This document shows, piece after piece, positions 20,901 through 30,234 of a stretch of 64,000 bases of DNA; position 1 is the stretch's first letter; each line of letters opens with the position of its first letter. The notes beneath the pieces were generated by a model that was not told the DNA's origin, made no database searches, and saw nothing but the letters and a program-made list of their open reading frames with translations. The stretch spans positions 864,001-928,000 of the forward strand of contig CAXXNO010000004.1 of assembly GCA_963663235.2 (NCBI GenBank). Reading direction: 5' to 3'. This DNA comes from Dehalococcoidia bacterium. GTDB lineage: Bacteria > Chloroflexota > Dehalococcoidia > Bin125. Position numbers and translations under genes: made by a program.

Positions 20901-21118
20901 TGACGGCCGCCGGCGCGTGGGGGATAGCGGCGGTCGCGCTCCCGCGCTGGGAAGCCGAACAGGACGTAGCGGACGAAGGTCAACAGCGTCGATTTCCCGG
21001 CCTCGTTGGGACCGTGGATAACGGTGAGATTCGGGTGGATGCGCTCGCCGTCTCCAGCCGGCAGGGAGAGGTCGGCGAAGTAGCCAAAGCCGCTCAGGTG
21101 GAGGCGGAGGAGATTCAC
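17945..21118 (-). CDS. YhaN-like SMC/SbcC-type coiled-coil ATPase
   Basis: Walker A GPNEAGKST, long coiled coil with a central hydrophobic hairpin, LSRGTQEQ signature, IVDDILVNFD Walker B and FTCH. Confidence 0.9.
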   Translation of the reverse strand: MNLLRLHLSGFGYFADLSLPAGDGERIHPNLTVIHGPNEAGKSTLLTFVRYVLFGFPARERDRRYPPRAGGRHGGRIELEDDDGRRYVVERFAGRKGGALIVTAADGGREDPAILPRLLGHASPDLFNNVFAFDLDQLRNVTSLQQAGVTDSIYSAGLGSAGLPQVMAHFESARREVYRPQGKTQPVARTIADLQAVDEALDELADAASQYGGHLDQLEQVQSALVETDRGRARAEKARARLERLHQAWPDWVALGELEERIHAIAERPDFPSDPLTRLESAEQRLAAAGTRKEQEQAEFARWEREVAALHIDQGLLDDEAAVDALRRSHDAFAQSLKDLPERRAEAETLEREIQLALRALGPEWEPERADRFDTSLPVRTELREQAQALAASERDAREAELRREAALQALREAEEARDLAAAAVAAIPAPLLDAEALRGRRAVLTAVREQLTRVASARDLRRQETQRLTELQVQQPALKPAPAWRRPEWITAAALAAAVALVVIVGVLAGGVALALGIVGGVLLAAAGGLIWRRAAQSAPDPSAWREFDRTLAVQGERRRDADEAVKEQETRLATLGAEAALDAVESIRDVEAAEEIVEGMQRQFEERRQREAEVRTAARRLPALRRRQEEADHRLADAARSQENAQTAWTAWLEAQGLPATMRPDGVADLFGRLDTLHATQRQLHDRRRRAAAIEHDIDEFATAALSLIERRCPERQRLAPAEIGPAVEALIAAFDESRTAAQRKAHLDQQVTEARRRLTAATADCAAAERALQGLLTQGRAEDAAEFRKIAAEQAHRAKLLRRANELRMALTQRSGPGEALAAFRRELAATDAARLERERERTKTHLVEQARRHDDLTTRQAQLQLQIANLEQDARAAELRERRVVLQEQLAEQAQEWVTLTLAGALLEQARHRYEEDRQPAVVHRAEDYFAHITNGRYPQLKAPIEEHEIEVMQRDGERKPTDALSRGTQEQLYLALRFGLIEEFADRSARLPVIVDDILVNFDPERATRAAEALRQLSRSNQVIVFTCHPRIVDLFNEVSPGVATIPLPDWR

Positions 21119-22404
21119 TCGGACACCTCCGCGGCAGCGGCCTCGTCGGCCAGGAAGGCCTCGACGCAGCGCTCCTCGGCTCGATCGAGCAGGCGGAGCA
21201 GTTCGGTGTCGCTCAGGGCGTCATCGGCGAGGAAGCGGCGGACACGGCCCTGCCCGTAAAACGGCTTCAGGTACTCACGGAGCCAGGGAGGGGGCGTGGT
21301 CTCGGCATGGATCTCATCGACCAGGCGCAAGACGTCGCCGAGGAAGTCCTGCGCCTGCCGGCGCTCCTCACGGTCGAAGGGAGGCGCGGATTCGATGTCG
21401 AGGACGGCGCACCAGAGGATGGGCGCGTGGCCTTTGAACGCGTTGTTGATGTGCGCGCGGAGATCCTCCTCCATATCGGGCCGGCGCAACCACGCGTGCA
21501 GGGGACCGCGTCCGGTGATCCGGACATGGCCGATCACGTGGCGGCCATCGGCGGCGTCACGGAGCTCCGCAGCGCGCTCCTCCAGCCCGTCAAGGAGGGC
21601 CTGTTCGCCGTCGAGCTCCGCGATGTTCAGTGTGGTGGCGGCCCAGCGCACCACGTCGACGGGGTGGAAGGACGGGCGGGCGCGGCGATCGTCGCCGACA
21701 TCGACGAGATAGACGCCGCGGGCGCCGCGCTCATTGCGATGCAGCCCCTGCGAGTTGCCAGGGTAAACCACGGTCGGATCCTGCTCACGGAGGACGCTGC
21801 GCGTGTGGACGTGCCCAAGCGCCCAGTAGTCGATGCCGGCGCGCTCCAGATCCTCCAGCGTGCAGGGCGCGTAGGGCTCGTGTCCGGTGTTGGCACCGAC
21901 GTTGGCGTGGAGCAGCCCGATGGCGTAGAGGTGGCGCGGGTCGCGGCGGAAGCGGCGGGCCAGGTTCTCCCGCACGTCCTGCCGCGGGAAACTGACGCCG
22001 TAGACGACGGCGCCGTGCGGCTCGGCCGGGTCGATCGGCACCGCCGCCACGTCATCGCCAAAGCGGTGACAGCCGGGCGGAATCGCGAGCCTCGCTTCCC
22101 AGCCATCCAGGGGGTCGTGATTGCCGTGGCAGATGAAGGAGCGGATTCCCGCCTCATCCAGGCGGCGCAGCCCGCGCAGGAAATGCAACTGGGCGGGGAG
22201 GCTGCGGTCCTTGCCGTCGTAGATGTCGCCGGCGACGAGGAGCGCGTCGACGCGCTCCTGCAGGCAGAGGTCGATGATGTTGTCGTAGGCGGTGAAGGTG
22301 GCGGCGCGCAGGATGGCGCTGACTTCGGGGTCCGCGGAGCGCAGACCGCGAAAGGTGCTGTCCAAGTGGAGATCGGCAGCGTGGACGAAGCGAGTAATGC
22401 TCAT
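21115..22404 (-). CDS. YhaO-like SbcD/Mre11 metallophosphoesterase DNA exonuclease
   Basis: HAADLHLD, AGDIYD, GNHD, LLH and WALGHVH; GTGA overlap with the ATPase gene. Confidence 0.92.
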   Translation of the reverse strand: MSITRFVHAADLHLDSTFRGLRSADPEVSAILRAATFTAYDNIIDLCLQERVDALLVAGDIYDGKDRSLPAQLHFLRGLRRLDEAGIRSFICHGNHDPLDGWEARLAIPPGCHRFGDDVAAVPIDPAEPHGAVVYGVSFPRQDVRENLARRFRRDPRHLYAIGLLHANVGANTGHEPYAPCTLEDLERAGIDYWALGHVHTRSVLREQDPTVVYPGNSQGLHRNERGARGVYLVDVGDDRRARPSFHPVDVVRWAATTLNIAELDGEQALLDGLEERAAELRDAADGRHVIGHVRITGRGPLHAWLRRPDMEEDLRAHINNAFKGHAPILWCAVLDIESAPPFDREERRQAQDFLGDVLRLVDEIHAETTPPPWLREYLKPFYGQGRVRRFLADDALSDTELLRLLDRAEERCVEAFLADEAAAAEVSE

Positions 22405-22559
22405 GGAGCGCACAGCCGATACGACGCCCGAACGAGCAGAGTCCCCCGCTACCCATTCCAGCATACGATGAAGAGCCGCTCAAGCGCAGCCCCCCGCTCG
22501 ATAGAGAGCGCCACGCCGTACGGATACACTGCCGGCAGTGAGACAGCGTTCGGCGCCAG

Positions 22560-23975
22560 ATGACACAGTCGCACACGACTACTGATCTCGACTTCGCCTC
22601 CGCCGAGGCGCTGGCGGCGCGCATCCGTGCGAAGGAGATCTCGCCTCTGGAGTTGATGGAGCACACGCTGGCGCGGATCGAGGCGCTGAACCCGGCCCTG
22701 AACGCCTTTGTGGCGCTGGACGCGGAGGGGGCGCGGGCAGAGGCCGCGAAGCAGACCGAGCGGCTGGCCCACGGGGAGGACCTGGGCCCGCTGGGCGGGC
22801 TCCCCCTGGGCGTGAAAGACCTGGAGCACGCGGCCGGTCTCCCGACAACGTTCGGCTCAAGCGTTTTCCGCGACCACCGGGCCGAGCGCGACGATATCCA
22901 TATCGAGCGGCTACGCAAGGCCGGCGCCATCGTGATCGGGAAGACGAATGCGCCCGAGTTCGGCTACACGGCGTTCACCGATAACGACCTCTTCGGCCCC
23001 ACGCTCAACCCGTGGAATCCGGAACGCACGCCGGGCGGATCGAGCGGGGGGTCGGCGGCGGCGCTGGCGGCCGGGATGGTGCCGCTGGCGACGGCGTCCG
23101 ACGGGGGCGGATCGATCCGGATTCCGGCCTGCTACTGCGGGCTGTACGGGCTGAAGACATCGTTCGGGCGAGTGCCCATCGGGCCGCGCCCGTTGCGGGG
23201 TTGGCTGGATTTCGGGGTGTACGGGCCATTGACTCGCTGTGTGCGCGATGCCGCGCTGTACCTGGACCAGATTGCGGGTCCACACCCGGCCGATCCTGAC
23301 TCGCTGCCCGCCCCGGAGGACTCATACCTTCAACGTCTGGAGGAGCCGCTGCCGCGCTTGCGCATCGCGTTCAACCGCACTCTGGGGGTCACAGACCTGC
23401 AGCCCGACGTGGAGCGCGAAGTCGAGCGGGCCGTCGACACGTTCCGCGACCTGGGTCACGAGGTCACGGAGAACGACGACACCATTCCGGAGACGGTCGG
23501 GCACTGGATCCGCATGGCGTCGTTCCAGGCGCTGGCGACACTTTGGGAGGAGTACTCCACGCGGCACGACGAGTTCGGTAGCGAGTTCGTGCGCAACCTG
23601 GACGACGCGCTGGACACCGGCCCCACCGACTTCCGCGATTTCGCCCGGGCACGGGCTGAGTTGATCGAGTGGACCTGGCGGCTGTTCGAGCGATTCGACC
23701 TCCTGTTGACTCCGACCCTGCCCACGGAAGCGTTCGCCGCGCCAGGCCCCGTCCCGATAGAACGCGACGGCGTCCCCTACAACCCGATCGCCTTCACCTA
23801 TCCGTTCAACTTCACCGGCCATCCGGCCGCGTCCGTGCGGGCCGGCTTCACGGACAGCCGGCTGCCCTGCGGCCTGCAGATCGTGGGGCCGCGACACCGG
23901 GATGACCTTGTGCTGCAGGCGTCGTATGCGTACGAGCAGGAGCGAGTCTGGAGCGACTGCTGGCCGGCGCTCTAG
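22560..23975 (+). CDS. Amidase signature family protein
   Basis: [24 protein letters not shown] and [12 protein letters not shown]. Confidence 0.95.
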   Translation: MTQSHTTTDLDFASAEALAARIRAKEISPLELMEHTLARIEALNPALNAFVALDAEGARAEAAKQTERLAHGEDLGPLGGLPLGVKDLEHAAGLPTTFGSSVFRDHRAERDDIHIERLRKAGAIVIGKTNAPEFGYTAFTDNDLFGPTLNPWNPERTPGGSSGGSAAALAAGMVPLATASDGGGSIRIPACYCGLYGLKTSFGRVPIGPRPLRGWLDFGVYGPLTRCVRDAALYLDQIAGPHPADPDSLPAPEDSYLQRLEEPLPRLRIAFNRTLGVTDLQPDVEREVERAVDTFRDLGHEVTENDDTIPETVGHWIRMASFQALATLWEEYSTRHDEFGSEFVRNLDDALDTGPTDFRDFARARAELIEWTWRLFERFDLLLTPTLPTEAFAAPGPVPIERDGVPYNPIAFTYPFNFTGHPAASVRAGFTDSRLPCGLQIVGPRHRDDLVLQASYAYEQERVWSDCWPAL

Positions 23976-24065
23976 CCGGAAGTGCCACCCGCTCAACCGA
24001 CGGGACGCCCGCCGCTCTCTATACTGCGCCGGGCAACGAGCGGGACTCCAGCCAGAAAGCGCGCC

Positions 24066-26627
24066 ATGATCACCGACACGCAGCGGGACGGGCCCAACCG
24101 CCTCAGGCAGCGCGAGGCCGAGGCGCGCGCGGTGCAGATCCACGATGTCACGTACGCTCTGTCACTCTCCCTGCAAGACAGGGCGCCCGACTACGAGGGC
24201 AACGTGACGATCGAGTTTGGTCACCGCGAGCCGAAAGCGGGCACGTTCCTGGACTTCACGGGCCAAACGATCGAGCTCCTGGAGGTCAACGGCCAGCCGG
24301 TCGGCGATTCCGTCTGGCGATCCAACCGGATCGAGCTCGAGGGCAGGCGGCTGCGCGATCAGAACACGGTTCGCATCGTCTACCGGAACGCGTACGACCA
24401 CACGGGCGCCGGCTTCCACCAGTTCCAGGATCCGGAAGACGGCAGCGAGTACGTCTATACGAACTTCGAGCCGTACGAGGCCCACCGTCTTTTCCCCTGC
24501 TTCGACCAGCCCGACATCCGAGCACGCCTACAGCTCAGCGTCGCGGCACCCGACGACTGGACGGTCATCGCGAACGAGGCTGAGACGGGCCGGACCGCGA
24601 CAGCGGACGGGCGCGCGCAGCGTCGGTTCACCCAGACGCCGCCGCTCAGCACCTACCTCTTCGCCGTGGTGGCGGGGCCGTACGAGCGCTTCCAGGACCG
24701 GTATGAGGACACGCCGCTGGCGCTCTACTGTCGGCGGTCACTCAGCCAGTACCTGGACAGTGCGGAGGTGTTCACCATCACCAAGCAGGGGCTGGCGTTC
24801 TTTAGCGACTTCTTCGCCTGCCCTTACCCCTTCAGCAAGTACGACCAACTCTTCGTCCCGGAGTTCAACGCGGGCGCGATGGAGAACGCCGGCGCCGTGA
24901 CCTTCTCCGAGCGGATGGTGTTCCGCGACCCGCCTACGGAGATTCAGCGGATGAATCGCGCCGAGGTGGTGCTGCACGAAATGGCACACATGTGGTTCGG
25001 GGATCTGGTCACCATGCGCTGGTGGAACGATCTCTGGCTCAACGAGAGCTTCGCCACGTACATGTCGTACCTGGCCATGAGCGAAGCCACTCGCTTCAGC
25101 CGTGGCTGGCAGGCGTTCAACTCCCGCATGAAGGCGTGGGCCTATCACCAGGACCAACTGGTGACCACCCACCCGATCGCCGGGCCGGTGCCGGATACCG
25201 ACGCCACCTTCCTCAACTTCGACGGCATCACCTATGGCAAGGGCGCCTCGGTCCTGAAGCAGTTGGCCGCCGCCATCGGCAGCGATGGTTTCCGCGAGGG
25301 GATGCGGCACTACTTCCGGACCTACGCCTGGACGAACACCAACCTCAGCGACTTCCTCGGCGCGTTGGAGCACGGAGCACAACGGGACCTGCAGGAGTGG
25401 TCGCGGCTGTGGATCGAGACCGAAGGGCTGAACACTCTACGTCCCGCCTGGGAGACCCGCGACGGCCGGGTGGGCGCGTTCACGATCGCGCAGACGGCGC
25501 CCGCCGAGCACCCGACGCTGCGCCCGCACCACCTGCAACTGGCGCTGATCGACGCCGACGCCTCGGGCGCGCCCGTCCTGCGCGACTCCATCCCCGTGCT
25601 AGTCGAGGGGGAGCGAACCGTAGTCGAGGCGGCCGCCGGCATGGAAGCGCCGGCCTGCGTCTTCGCCAACGACCAGGACCACGCCTACGCCAAGATCGCG
25701 CTGGACGAGCGCTCGGTGGCCTTCGTGCGGGAGCGGGTGGATCGCTTCGCCGACCCATTCTTGCGCCAACTGCTGTGGCGCACCCTCTGGGACATGGTGC
25801 GGGACCAGCAGTTCCGATCGACAGACTACCTGGCGCTGGTGCGGGACAAGATCGGTGCCGAGCAAGAGCTAGAGCTGATCGAGAGCGCACTGGGCAACGT
25901 GCAGGCGGCCGTCGCCCGCTTCGTGCCCGAAAGCCGACGCGTGGACGAAGCGGAGGCGTTCTCCGACATCGCCTGGGAGCGGCTCTTCGTCGCACCGGAC
26001 AAGGACCGGCGCATTGTCTGGGCGCGGGCGGCGATCACCGCCGCGCAGCGGCCCCAGAGCATCGCCCGGCTGCTGGAGCTCGTCGACAAGGGGACGGGGA
26101 TCGAGGGATTCGATCTGGACCAAGACATGCGGTGGTCCCTGGTGACGAAGCAGATCGCCCACGGCCTCGCCGACGGGAGCGCCCGGCTGGAAGTGGAAGC
26201 AGAGCGCGACCCCAGCGACCGCGGCCGGCGCGCAGCGGCTCGCGCACGCAGCAGCGCACCCGACGCCGGGGTCAAGGCGGAGGAGTGGGAACGATTCACC
26301 AGCGACCGTGAGTCGTCGCTGCAGATGATCGCGGCGGGTATGAGCGGCTTCGTCTGGCCGCACCAACGTGAGCTGCTGGCGCCGTACGTGGAGCGGTTCT
26401 TCGACGAGGTGCGCGACGTCTTTCGATCGCGCGACAAGGACTTCGCCCAAGCCTATTTCGGCGCGCTGTTCCCGCACTCCCGGCCCGAGGATGCCGTGAT
26501 TGAGCGGGCAGAGGCGCTCCTGGCCTCGCTCGGCGACGACGAAGCGGTGCTGCGACGCACTACCCTGGAAGCGCTGGATGACCTGCGCCGCGCCCGGGCC
26601 TGTCGCGCCTTCGCGGCATCGGCCTAG
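24066..26627 (+). CDS. pepN: Aminopeptidase N (M1 family)
   Basis: FPCFDQPD, GAMENAG, HEMAHMWFGD...WLNESFA and YGKGAS. Confidence 0.95.
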   Translation: MITDTQRDGPNRLRQREAEARAVQIHDVTYALSLSLQDRAPDYEGNVTIEFGHREPKAGTFLDFTGQTIELLEVNGQPVGDSVWRSNRIELEGRRLRDQNTVRIVYRNAYDHTGAGFHQFQDPEDGSEYVYTNFEPYEAHRLFPCFDQPDIRARLQLSVAAPDDWTVIANEAETGRTATADGRAQRRFTQTPPLSTYLFAVVAGPYERFQDRYEDTPLALYCRRSLSQYLDSAEVFTITKQGLAFFSDFFACPYPFSKYDQLFVPEFNAGAMENAGAVTFSERMVFRDPPTEIQRMNRAEVVLHEMAHMWFGDLVTMRWWNDLWLNESFATYMSYLAMSEATRFSRGWQAFNSRMKAWAYHQDQLVTTHPIAGPVPDTDATFLNFDGITYGKGASVLKQLAAAIGSDGFREGMRHYFRTYAWTNTNLSDFLGALEHGAQRDLQEWSRLWIETEGLNTLRPAWETRDGRVGAFTIAQTAPAEHPTLRPHHLQLALIDADASGAPVLRDSIPVLVEGERTVVEAAAGMEAPACVFANDQDHAYAKIALDERSVAFVRERVDRFADPFLRQLLWRTLWDMVRDQQFRSTDYLALVRDKIGAEQELELIESALGNVQAAVARFVPESRRVDEAEAFSDIAWERLFVAPDKDRRIVWARAAITAAQRPQSIARLLELVDKGTGIEGFDLDQDMRWSLVTKQIAHGLADGSARLEVEAERDPSDRGRRAAARARSSAPDAGVKAEEWERFTSDRESSLQMIAAGMSGFVWPHQRELLAPYVERFFDEVRDVFRSRDKDFAQAYFGALFPHSRPEDAVIERAEALLASLGDDEAVLRRTTLEALDDLRRARACRAFAASA

Positions 26628-26649
26628 CCCGGCGACGAGGGAGCGTCGA

Positions 26650-27462
26650 ATGGCTGAGATCGCCGCCTGCTATCTCCATCCGGTCAAGGGCATGCCGCCC
26701 GTGGCGATGCCCTCCCTGGAACTGGAACCGGGCCGCAGTCCCAAGGGGGACCGGGCGTTCGTGTTCGCCTTCGCCACAGCGCGTCCACAGGGCGAATACC
26801 GCTGGGTCAGCAAGCACGACTCGGTCACTATGCTGAACACTCCTCATCTCGCCCGCCTGCTCGCGGCGTTCGATCCCAGCACGCGCCGACTCACCATCGA
26901 GGCCCGTGAGGGCAACGGCTGGGGGAACGGCCCGGAGGGAGACCGCAGCGCGAGCGCGAACGTCGATGATCCAGGAGAGCGGGAAGTGCTGGCGGCCTGG
27001 GTGGCGCGGGCGCTGAAGCGACTCCCGTCCAACCCGCTGGCGGTGATGCCAGCCGTGGAGCCGCTGCAACTGCTGGGCGATGGGCGGTCTGCGTTCACCG
27101 ACCGCGGTCCAACCCAAGTCAGTCTGGGCACCGTTGACAGCCTGCGATCGCTCTCGGAGCAGGCCGGAGTCGACATCGATATCCGGCGGTTTCGGCTGAA
27201 CCTGATCATGAGCGGCGTGCCGCCGTGGGAGGAGCTGTCCTGGGGGCAGCAGCGGCTACGCATTGGGACGGTCGTCATGGTAGTGAGAGCGCCGCTGGTC
27301 CGGTGCAACTCCATCAACGCATCGCCGGAGGGCGCCGGGCGCGACGTGGAGGTGATGTCCGCGCTGCTGGCGGAGTTCGGACACGCATACTTCGGAGTGG
27401 AGGCAGAGGTGCTGGACGGCGGACGGGTCAGCGTGGGCGATGGCGTCGAGCTGATCGGCTAG
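26650..27462 (+). CDS. MOSC domain-containing protein
   Basis: YLHPVKG, GDRAF, RRFRLNL, RC and FGV.AEV..GG.VSVGD. Confidence 0.85.
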   Translation: MAEIAACYLHPVKGMPPVAMPSLELEPGRSPKGDRAFVFAFATARPQGEYRWVSKHDSVTMLNTPHLARLLAAFDPSTRRLTIEAREGNGWGNGPEGDRSASANVDDPGEREVLAAWVARALKRLPSNPLAVMPAVEPLQLLGDGRSAFTDRGPTQVSLGTVDSLRSLSEQAGVDIDIRRFRLNLIMSGVPPWEELSWGQQRLRIGTVVMVVRAPLVRCNSINASPEGAGRDVEVMSALLAEFGHAYFGVEAEVLDGGRVSVGDGVELIG

Positions 27463-27478
27463 CAGACGAAGCGGACCG

Positions 27479-28228
27479 ATGGATCGTTTCCCGCTGGAGT
27501 CGTGGGACCCAGACCGACCCGACATCGCGCCGCTGCTGGCCGAGTCGGCGCTGGTGGACAGCGGGCTGATCCCGTCGGCGTCGAACTACGTCTTCGTGCT
27601 GGCGCTGAAGAGTGCGGAGGCGGGACGCGGCCATGCGATCTACAAACCGAGCCGCGGGGAGGCGCCGCTGTGGGACTTCCCGCCGGACCTCTATCTGCGC
27701 GAGCAGGCCACCTATCTCCTGAGCGAGGCGCTGGGCTGGGGTATCGTGCCGCCGACGGTGATTCGTGAGGTGGGGCTAGAGCACGGCGTGGGCTCCGTGC
27801 AGCTGTACATCCCCCATGATCGTCGCTGCACGTTCTTCGACCTGCGGGGGCGCTTCCCGGCGGAGATGCGTCGCTTCGCCACGTTCGACTGGCTCAGCAA
27901 CAACGCCGATCGCAAGGGCGGGCACATCATCCTAGACGGGCGGAACCGGCTCTGGGCCATCGACCACGGCCTCACGTTCCACGCGGAGGAGAAGCTGCGC
28001 ACGGTGATCTGGGACTACGCCGAAGAGCCGGTGCCGGAGCCGCTGCTGGGCGACATCGAAGCGTTGCTGGGCCAGCTCGACGGGGGCGACCTTCCGGAAC
28101 GGTTGGGCGCCTGCTTGGACAGGAGCGAGATCGAGGCGCTGCGCGCTCGTGCGGCGATGATCCTGCGCGAGCCCCGCTTTCCCGTGCCGCCGAGCTCTCG
28201 GCGACCGTACCCCTGGCCGCTGGTCTAG
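27479..28228 (+). CDS. SCO1664 family kinase-like protein
   Basis: ASNY, IYKP.RGE.PLWDFP, RE.A.Y, NNADRKGGH, IDHGLTFH..KLRTVIW and C-terminal PWP. Confidence 0.85.
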   Translation: MDRFPLESWDPDRPDIAPLLAESALVDSGLIPSASNYVFVLALKSAEAGRGHAIYKPSRGEAPLWDFPPDLYLREQATYLLSEALGWGIVPPTVIREVGLEHGVGSVQLYIPHDRRCTFFDLRGRFPAEMRRFATFDWLSNNADRKGGHIILDGRNRLWAIDHGLTFHAEEKLRTVIWDYAEEPVPEPLLGDIEALLGQLDGGDLPERLGACLDRSEIEALRARAAMILREPRFPVPPSSRRPYPWPLV

Positions 28229-28962
28229 GACGACGCCTTAAAGCGGTTGCGCAGGCGGACCCGGCCGGGGCCGCCATCCGCAGGGATACGCTTGAGCGCG
28301 AGCGCGACGCGGTTGTCGGCGTCCAAGGCCTGCCAGTAGCGGTCCAGCAGCGACTCCTCGTCGCCGTCGAGGGGGAGCCAGAGGGGCTCGCCGCGGAAGC
28401 TGGGGAGCGGGTCGCCGTCGCCCTCGTAGGTGGTGAGGCCCAGGCCGAAGCCGGGGGGCGGCGGGGCGGGGCGGAAGGTGGTGTGATGGCTCAGGGCTGG
28501 GTCGTCGGGGTTGGCCTTGATGATGTTGAGCGCCAGGGCCGGCTCGTCGCTCAGCAGGTCCAGCATGGCGCTGATCCGCGGCGTGTAGTTGGGGGCGTCG
28601 GGCTCGCGCTCCCGCGTCGCCAGAGCCGCCTCGAACGTTTCCCCCTGGGCGAGGGCGCGGTGCAAGGTGCGGGTCTGGTCGCCGTTGCTCACCAGGTAGA
28701 GGCCCGGCAGCTCCAGCATCGCCTCGTAGATGATCAGGCTCGGGTCTTTCACGAGCGAGGGATCCGCGGGAGCCGTACGCAGCGTCGAGCCTTCGGCGAG
28801 AAAGAGGCGGTTCCGGCTGTTGGCGCTGCGACCCATGATCCAGTAGAGTTGGAGCCAGGCGGCTCCGTCCGCCGATCGCCCCAGCACCAGACCCCGGCCG
28901 GGATACGGGTTGCGCAGCAGGCGGCTGTTGAAGTTGGCGTCGGCTTCGGCGCGCAGGTCCAT
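28225..28962 (-). CDS. IMP cyclohydrolase (PurO-like, stand-alone)
   Basis: NPYPGRG, YWIMGRSANSRNR, SNGDQT, EPDAPNYTPRIS and GDPLPSF; adjacent to the AICAR transformylase gene. Confidence 0.85.
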   Translation of the reverse strand: MDLRAEADANFNSRLLRNPYPGRGLVLGRSADGAAWLQLYWIMGRSANSRNRLFLAEGSTLRTAPADPSLVKDPSLIIYEAMLELPGLYLVSNGDQTRTLHRALAQGETFEAALATREREPDAPNYTPRISAMLDLLSDEPALALNIIKANPDDPALSHHTTFRPAPPPPGFGLGLTTYEGDGDPLPSFRGEPLWLPLDGDEESLLDRYWQALDADNRVALALKRIPADGGPGRVRLRNRFKASS

Positions 28963-28969
28963 GGCGGCG

Positions 28970-30142
28970 CTAGTGATGAAAGAGGCGGAGGCTGGAGAAG
29001 GCCATCACCATGCCGTACTCGTCGGCGGCGGCGATGACCCCTTCGTCCGCGATGGAGCCGCCCGGCTGGAGGATGTAGCGCACGGCGCTGGCCTGCGCCC
29101 GGTCCACGTTGTCGCGGAAGGGCATGAAGGCATCGTGGCTGAGCGCGTTGGTGAACTGGGCGATCCAGTGACGCCGCTCCTCGGTCGTCAGGGGATCCAC
29201 GGCGGCGGTCATCTGCGCGTGCAGATGCTCCCTCTCCGCCGGCGAGAGCTGGTCGAAGGAGATGAACTGCTCCCGGGCCGTGAAGCGCTCGGGCCGCTTG
29301 AGGTCCTCCCGGAGCGGGAGTTCGAGCACCCGCGGGTGCTGCTGCAACATCCAGCGGTCCGCCTTGGAGCAGGCGATGCGCGAGCAGTGAATGCGCGACT
29401 GCTGTCCCGCGCCCAGCCCGATCACCTGACCGTCGGCGGCCACGCAGACGGAGTTGGACTGCGTGTAGCGGAGAGCGACGGTGGCCACCAGCAGGTCGCG
29501 GGCCGCTTCCGGCGGGATGCTTTTCTCCTTGGTGACCACGTTGCCGAGCAGATCAGCGGTGATGGGAGTGGTATCGCGGGGCTGCTCCAAGACCAGGCCG
29601 AACAGGTCGCGCCGCTCGACCGGGGGCGGCTCGAAGTCGGGGTCGATCTGGAGGACCAGGTAGTTGCCGCCCTTCTTCTTGCGCAGGATCGCGAGCGCGT
29701 CGGCGTCGTAGCCGGGAGCGATGACGCCGTCCGAGACCTCGCGCCGCAGCGCCTCCGCGAGGGAGACATCCACCACATCGCTACAGGCGGCGAAATCGCC
29801 GTAGGAGGAGATGAGGTCGCCGCCGCGGGCACGGACGTAGGCGGCGGCGAGCGGCGAGAGGTCACGCTCCTCCACGGCGTAGGCGCGGCGCAGAACACCG
29901 GAGAGCGGCAGGCCGATGGCCGCGCCAGCCGGGCTGACGTGCTTGAACGAGGCGGCCGCGGGCAGGCCGGTCGCCTGGCGCAGCTCCCGCACCAGCGGCC
30001 AGCCGTTGAGGGCATCGAGGAGATTGATGTATCCCGGAGCACCGTTGAGCACCGAGATGGGGAGCGCCCCCTCAGCCCGGACCGCGCGCGCCGGCGTGCG
30101 ATGCGGGTTCAATCCGTAGCGCAGGGGGATCTCGGAACTCAC
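28970..30142 (-). CDS. AICAR transformylase (PurH C-terminal domain only)
   Basis: LRYGLNPH, GYINLLDA, SFKHVSPAG, YTQSNSV, GQQSRIHC, DAFMPFRD and RLFHH; no N-terminal MGS-like IMPCH domain. Confidence 0.9.
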   Translation of the reverse strand: MSSEIPLRYGLNPHRTPARAVRAEGALPISVLNGAPGYINLLDALNGWPLVRELRQATGLPAAASFKHVSPAGAAIGLPLSGVLRRAYAVEERDLSPLAAAYVRARGGDLISSYGDFAACSDVVDVSLAEALRREVSDGVIAPGYDADALAILRKKKGGNYLVLQIDPDFEPPPVERRDLFGLVLEQPRDTTPITADLLGNVVTKEKSIPPEAARDLLVATVALRYTQSNSVCVAADGQVIGLGAGQQSRIHCSRIACSKADRWMLQQHPRVLELPLREDLKRPERFTAREQFISFDQLSPAEREHLHAQMTAAVDPLTTEERRHWIAQFTNALSHDAFMPFRDNVDRAQASAVRYILQPGGSIADEGVIAAADEYGMVMAFSSLRLFHH

Positions 30143-30234
30143 AGCCAACCGCCAGTGATCCGGAGTGCAACGTCTGCTCCCTGCCTACCGTTGCCATCAG
30201 GCGGGGTCAAGGGCGGGGTGGAAAAGGCCGCGCG

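Noticed and set aside
17945-22404. Wadjet/Lamassu-type defence system
   Set aside because: Only the Mre11-like nuclease and YhaN-like ATPase are present; there are no kleisin/KITE or effector genes, and the neighbours are metabolic.
30143-30234. ZMP/ZTP riboswitch upstream of the AICAR transformylase gene
   Set aside because: The gap is short, lacks the GCCUGGGC 3' element, and is explained by a TTGACC-N17-TAGGCA promoter.
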